The notes under the pieces are model-generated. The model saw only the letters and a program-made list of their open reading frames with translations. It searched no databases and was not told the DNA's origin. Below, piece after piece: positions 33,586 to 36,184 of a DNA stretch of 36,184 nucleotides (positions are counted from its first letter, which is position 1; each line of letters opens with the position of its first letter). A program made the translations under genes and the position numbers. This DNA is from a virus. Its lineage: Duplodnaviria > Caudoviricetes. Where the stretch lies: positions 1 through 36,184 of IMG/VR virus record IMGVR_UViG_3300042484_000510. One strand, given 5' to 3'.

Positions 33586-34009
33586 GGCTTTCCCCTTTCA
33601 CACATGTGACGGTGGCTTCCACCGTAACGAACTCATCCCCAGCATACATGTCTGCACCGATGCGGGTGGAATCAACTGTGGCCAAGTCTACCAGACCGCC
33701 GAGGGTCACATCGCCAACAAAGATGTCCCGGAGTGCGGTCCGGTAGGTGTGCAGGGCAGGGAATCGTCGGGCAAAGTCTTGGGGACTGCCCAGGTACAGC
33801 CGGACGGTAAATGAGCAGGTCACCTTGCGCGCGGATGCGTAGTGCTCAACCCGGTCTGAACTCGGGAGGACTACCGCGTAGGGGAGAACCTGCAACTTGT
33901 CAGGCGGGGCCGCAGTAGCCCCCCGGATGGCGGCAACGGTGGAGGCAACCGTTACGGTCGCTACCCGAGCGGCTACTGCGTCTGCGATGGAGGAGTCTAC
34001 AAATGCCAT
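33569..34009 (-). CDS. Tail terminator/completion protein
   Basis: LPYAVV...D.TLGGLV pattern; position; probable leaderless start. Confidence 0.7.
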   Translation of the reverse strand: MAFVDSSIADAVAARVATVTVASTVAAIRGATAAPPDKLQVLPYAVVLPSSDRVEHYASARKVTCSFTVRLYLGSPQDFARRFPALHTYRTALRDIFVGDVTLGGLVDLATVDSTRIGADMYAGDEFVTVEATVTCVKGESLDYQA

Positions 34010-34015
34010 GGCCGG

Positions 34016-34021
34016 AGTCTA
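34016..34021 (-). promoter_or_regulatory. -10 box TAGACT 6 nt before ATG 34009 (putative leaderless promoter)
   Basis: TAGACT-ccggcc-ATG with no SD sequence. Confidence 0.5.
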
Positions 34022-34023
34022 CC

Positions 34024-36184
34024 TTACTGGACGATCTTGGCTTCTACAATCACGCCCCTATTGCTGTAGGAGACATTAGTAATTTCGTAAGTTGTATTCC
34101 GGCCCAGGATGATTTCCGCTTCTCCGTAGACCTGGCCCTCCCCAATGCTGTGATCAACCGACAGCGCCGGAGTTCCTTCCGGAGCAGAAATCTTCCAGAT
34201 AACCGGGACCTGCTCCGGGCTGTCGTCGGTCCATTCGTCTTGCGTCAGCACCGGCCTTTCGGCAAAGTAGGTGGCGTGGCGTACCTCCAGGCTTGTGCTT
34301 CCGTAGCCGCGATCCGAAATTCTGTCGCCCGGCTCTAAGATGCCAAAGCCGAAGTCAACTGGCCTACCAGCCTCTAGGTCCATTACCTGATCTGAGTCCA
34401 TCATTCCCGGCATACCGCGATACAACATGGTGTCCTGCACTAGCACCGACGGAACTTCTTTCCAGCCTTTATCTGATGGTTGGAACTGCCTGTCTAACTC
34501 CTTGAAAGCGGCCTTGTCCTCTGGGTCTAAAGCGTCCAAAGCCTCTGACAACGGCCGGCCATCTCGGAGAAGTCCGTTTAAGACCTCGTGAACTGGCCTG
34601 TTGTCGTCGTCGTCTGACAACTTTGCAGCGGTGTAGGCCCGTAGGGCGCGTTGAACTGCATTGCGGTCTCCGGACAAGCCAAGAGTGGTTGCCGAACCCC
34701 TTTCAATTGCCTCCTTGCGCTGAGTCTCCGACACCCGACGACCTCCGCCCCCCGTGGCCCAACTGCCGTGGTCTGCCTGGTCATGGTCTGCGTGCTTGAA
34801 AGACTTAACCGCCATTTGTGGCAATCCCATGTCAGCAGCAAACTGTTTAGATGACTCCAAGATTTCAAGAATGTCCTGGTCAACGCGGACTACAGGAATT
34901 TTCATGTCAGTCTCTGGGTCGTCAATGCCGTCGTGCTCAAGAGCAACCTTTGCTGCCCAGCGGTGATGCCCGTCTACAATGTACCCGTCCTTAGACACAA
35001 CAATTGGCTGGTTGAGGTCAAGTCCTCCCGCGCGCGCGGCTTGCATAATCCCTGCAACCTTGCCGCCATTCAACTCATTCTGCGTCGCCTTGAGGTGGCT
35101 GGCGAGCGCCTCATCCCCGGTAAGGGAAATGCCAGATGATCGGAGCCGCTCAAGATACGCCTCGGTGATGTCAACCTCTCCGCGCTTGTCGGCGGGTAGG
35201 TCGGAGGCCGCGCTACCGCTGTTTGGGATGCCTTTTAACTGCGGCATCTCCACCCTAGGGATGCCCTTGGACTCAACGCAGAACAAGTTAGTGCCGGGAA
35301 CGGTCAACTGGCAGAGGTCAATGTTCTTTGCCTTTGTGCCAGCAGCCTCTGCCTCCTTTGCCAAATCGTTGAGCCGATCTAGGAGAGTTGCTACTTGGTC
35401 AGGGGTTCTTAACTCCACATGCTTGCCTTCCCCAAGCGCGCGCGCAGCGTCTTCTACGCTGTTTGTGCGGATAGGGTTCTCTTTGCTTCCATCCCCACCA
35501 CCGGTCGCCCAGTTGCCGTGCTCCGACTGGTCATGGTCGCCGTGCTTAAGGGACTTAGCAACCTTTGGTGTAGGCAATGGATACGCTGTTACTTGAATTT
35601 TATCTACCACCTCGCCCCAGGTTCCGCCCTTAACAATGCCGGTAACCTCAAACACTAAGTCTCTTTGCAATAGCGTTTCCTTCTCTGGATAATACGGCTC
35701 ATAGCCTTCAGCCTGGAAGTCAATTCCGTGGATTCCTGGCCCAAGGGTAATTTCTAGCAAAGCACCACGGTACTCTTTGGCAATGCTCATGTCGGCCTCA
35801 GCAAACACTTCAGCCTGGCGCTTATTCTCTGCCGTGGCCGAATAGCCCGGCTCGTGAAACACATCTCCTACCTTTAGGCCTTTGAGTTCGTCGGCCATAG
35901 TGTTGGCAGAAATTCCCCGGTACAAGAGTTTCCCCTCATTAAATGCTGGCCTGGAATTCATGTCTGCGTCTATTTCCGAAATAGCGCCAAGCATTTTTTC
36001 AACTACCCACTTCTGGCCTTTGCCAATTTTCAACTCATCGCGAAGGTGGTTCTGAATCCATTCATTACCAGTTTTCTTCCAGAATCCATAGGCGCTCCGC
36101 TTGTCCATCGGCTCTGGGGCAACCCCTTGATTGGCCCAACTGCCATGCAGGGACTGGTCGTGATCACCGTGCTTTAGGGACTTA
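34024..36184 (-). CDS. Effector polyprotein C (starts at 155 across the junction, ~742 aa): tag-[VIP2-like ART]-tag-[ParB/Srx-like]-tag-[VIP2-like ART]
   Basis: LYRG...GYSAT...EKETLL; PRVEMPQ...LKATQ...IVDGHHRW; AYT...LN..LR...LYRG...GYGSTS...EAEIIL. Confidence 0.88.
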   Translation of the reverse strand, partial: KSLKHGDHDQSLHGSWANQGVAPEPMDKRSAYGFWKKTGNEWIQNHLRDELKIGKGQKWVVEKMLGAISEIDADMNSRPAFNEGKLLYRGISANTMADELKGLKVGDVFHEPGYSATAENKRQAEVFAEADMSIAKEYRGALLEITLGPGIHGIDFQAEGYEPYYPEKETLLQRDLVFEVTGIVKGGTWGEVVDKIQVTAYPLPTPKVAKSLKHGDHDQSEHGNWATGGGDGSKENPIRTNSVEDAARALGEGKHVELRTPDQVATLLDRLNDLAKEAEAAGTKAKNIDLCQLTVPGTNLFCVESKGIPRVEMPQLKGIPNSGSAASDLPADKRGEVDITEAYLERLRSSGISLTGDEALASHLKATQNELNGGKVAGIMQAARAGGLDLNQPIVVSKDGYIVDGHHRWAAKVALEHDGIDDPETDMKIPVVRVDQDILEILESSKQFAADMGLPQMAVKSFKHADHDQADHGSWATGGGGRRVSETQRKEAIERGSATTLGLSGDRNAVQRALRAYTAAKLSDDDDNRPVHEVLNGLLRDGRPLSEALDALDPEDKAAFKELDRQFQPSDKGWKEVPSVLVQDTMLYRGMPGMMDSDQVMDLEAGRPVDFGFGILEPGDRISDRGYGSTSLEVRHATYFAERPVLTQDEWTDDSPEQVPVIWKISAPEGTPALSVDHSIGEGQVYGEAEIILGRNTTYEITNVSYSNRGVIVEAKIVQ
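34756..34806 (-). repeat. His-tag motif copy (KSFKHADHDQADHGSWA)
   Basis: Direct translation. Confidence 0.9.
35506..35556 (-). repeat. His-tag motif copy (KSLKHGDHDQSEHGNWA)
   Basis: Direct translation. Confidence 0.9.
36098..36184. repeat. Terminal direct repeat, right copy
   Basis: Exact match to 1-87. Confidence 0.95.

Noticed and set aside
34807-35505. ParB domain as a plasmid-prophage partition system
   Set aside because: No ParA, no HTH or dimerisation region, and it is embedded between ART domains in a tagged polyprotein
36098-36184. 87-bp terminal repeat as a biological direct terminal repeat
   Set aside because: It falls mid-gene and the packaging genes suggest cos ends elsewhere; an assembler overlap is the simpler explanation

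Overview
The window looks like a complete, circularly assembled tailed-phage genome of about 36.1 kb: bases 1-87 are identical to 36098-36184. It is siphovirus-like with an HK97-type head, and every credible gene is on the minus strand. Modules are packaging and head (HNH, P27-type TerS, TerL, portal, prohead protease, major capsid, head-tail connector), tail (terminator, tube, frameshifted chaperone, gp10-like, tape measure, hub, S74-chaperone fibre), lysis and membrane proteins, a metallophosphoesterase, and an early recombination/replication region (Cas4/RecB-like nuclease, Rad52/Sak-like annealing protein, initiator, resolvase, RlpA-like protein). No integrase, DNA polymerase or helicase is recognisable. 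The standout feature is a set of three translationally coupled multi-enzyme polyproteins, one of which crosses the assembly junction, inserted between the head-connector and tail-completion genes, plus the long C-terminal tail of the prohead protease. In all four proteins each cargo domain is preceded by the same His-rich peptide, (K/R)x(L/V/F)K-H(G/A)DHDQ(S/A)(E/D)HG(S/N)WA, with 10 copies in total. The cargos are three VIP2-like ADP-ribosyltransferases, one further ART-like domain, a GNAT acetyltransferase, a zincin protease, a ParB/Srx domain and acidic or unknown domains. I infer a protease-processed, peptide-tagged virion effector-loading system with no recognisable MuF domain. All family calls come from motifs read by eye, not from database searches.
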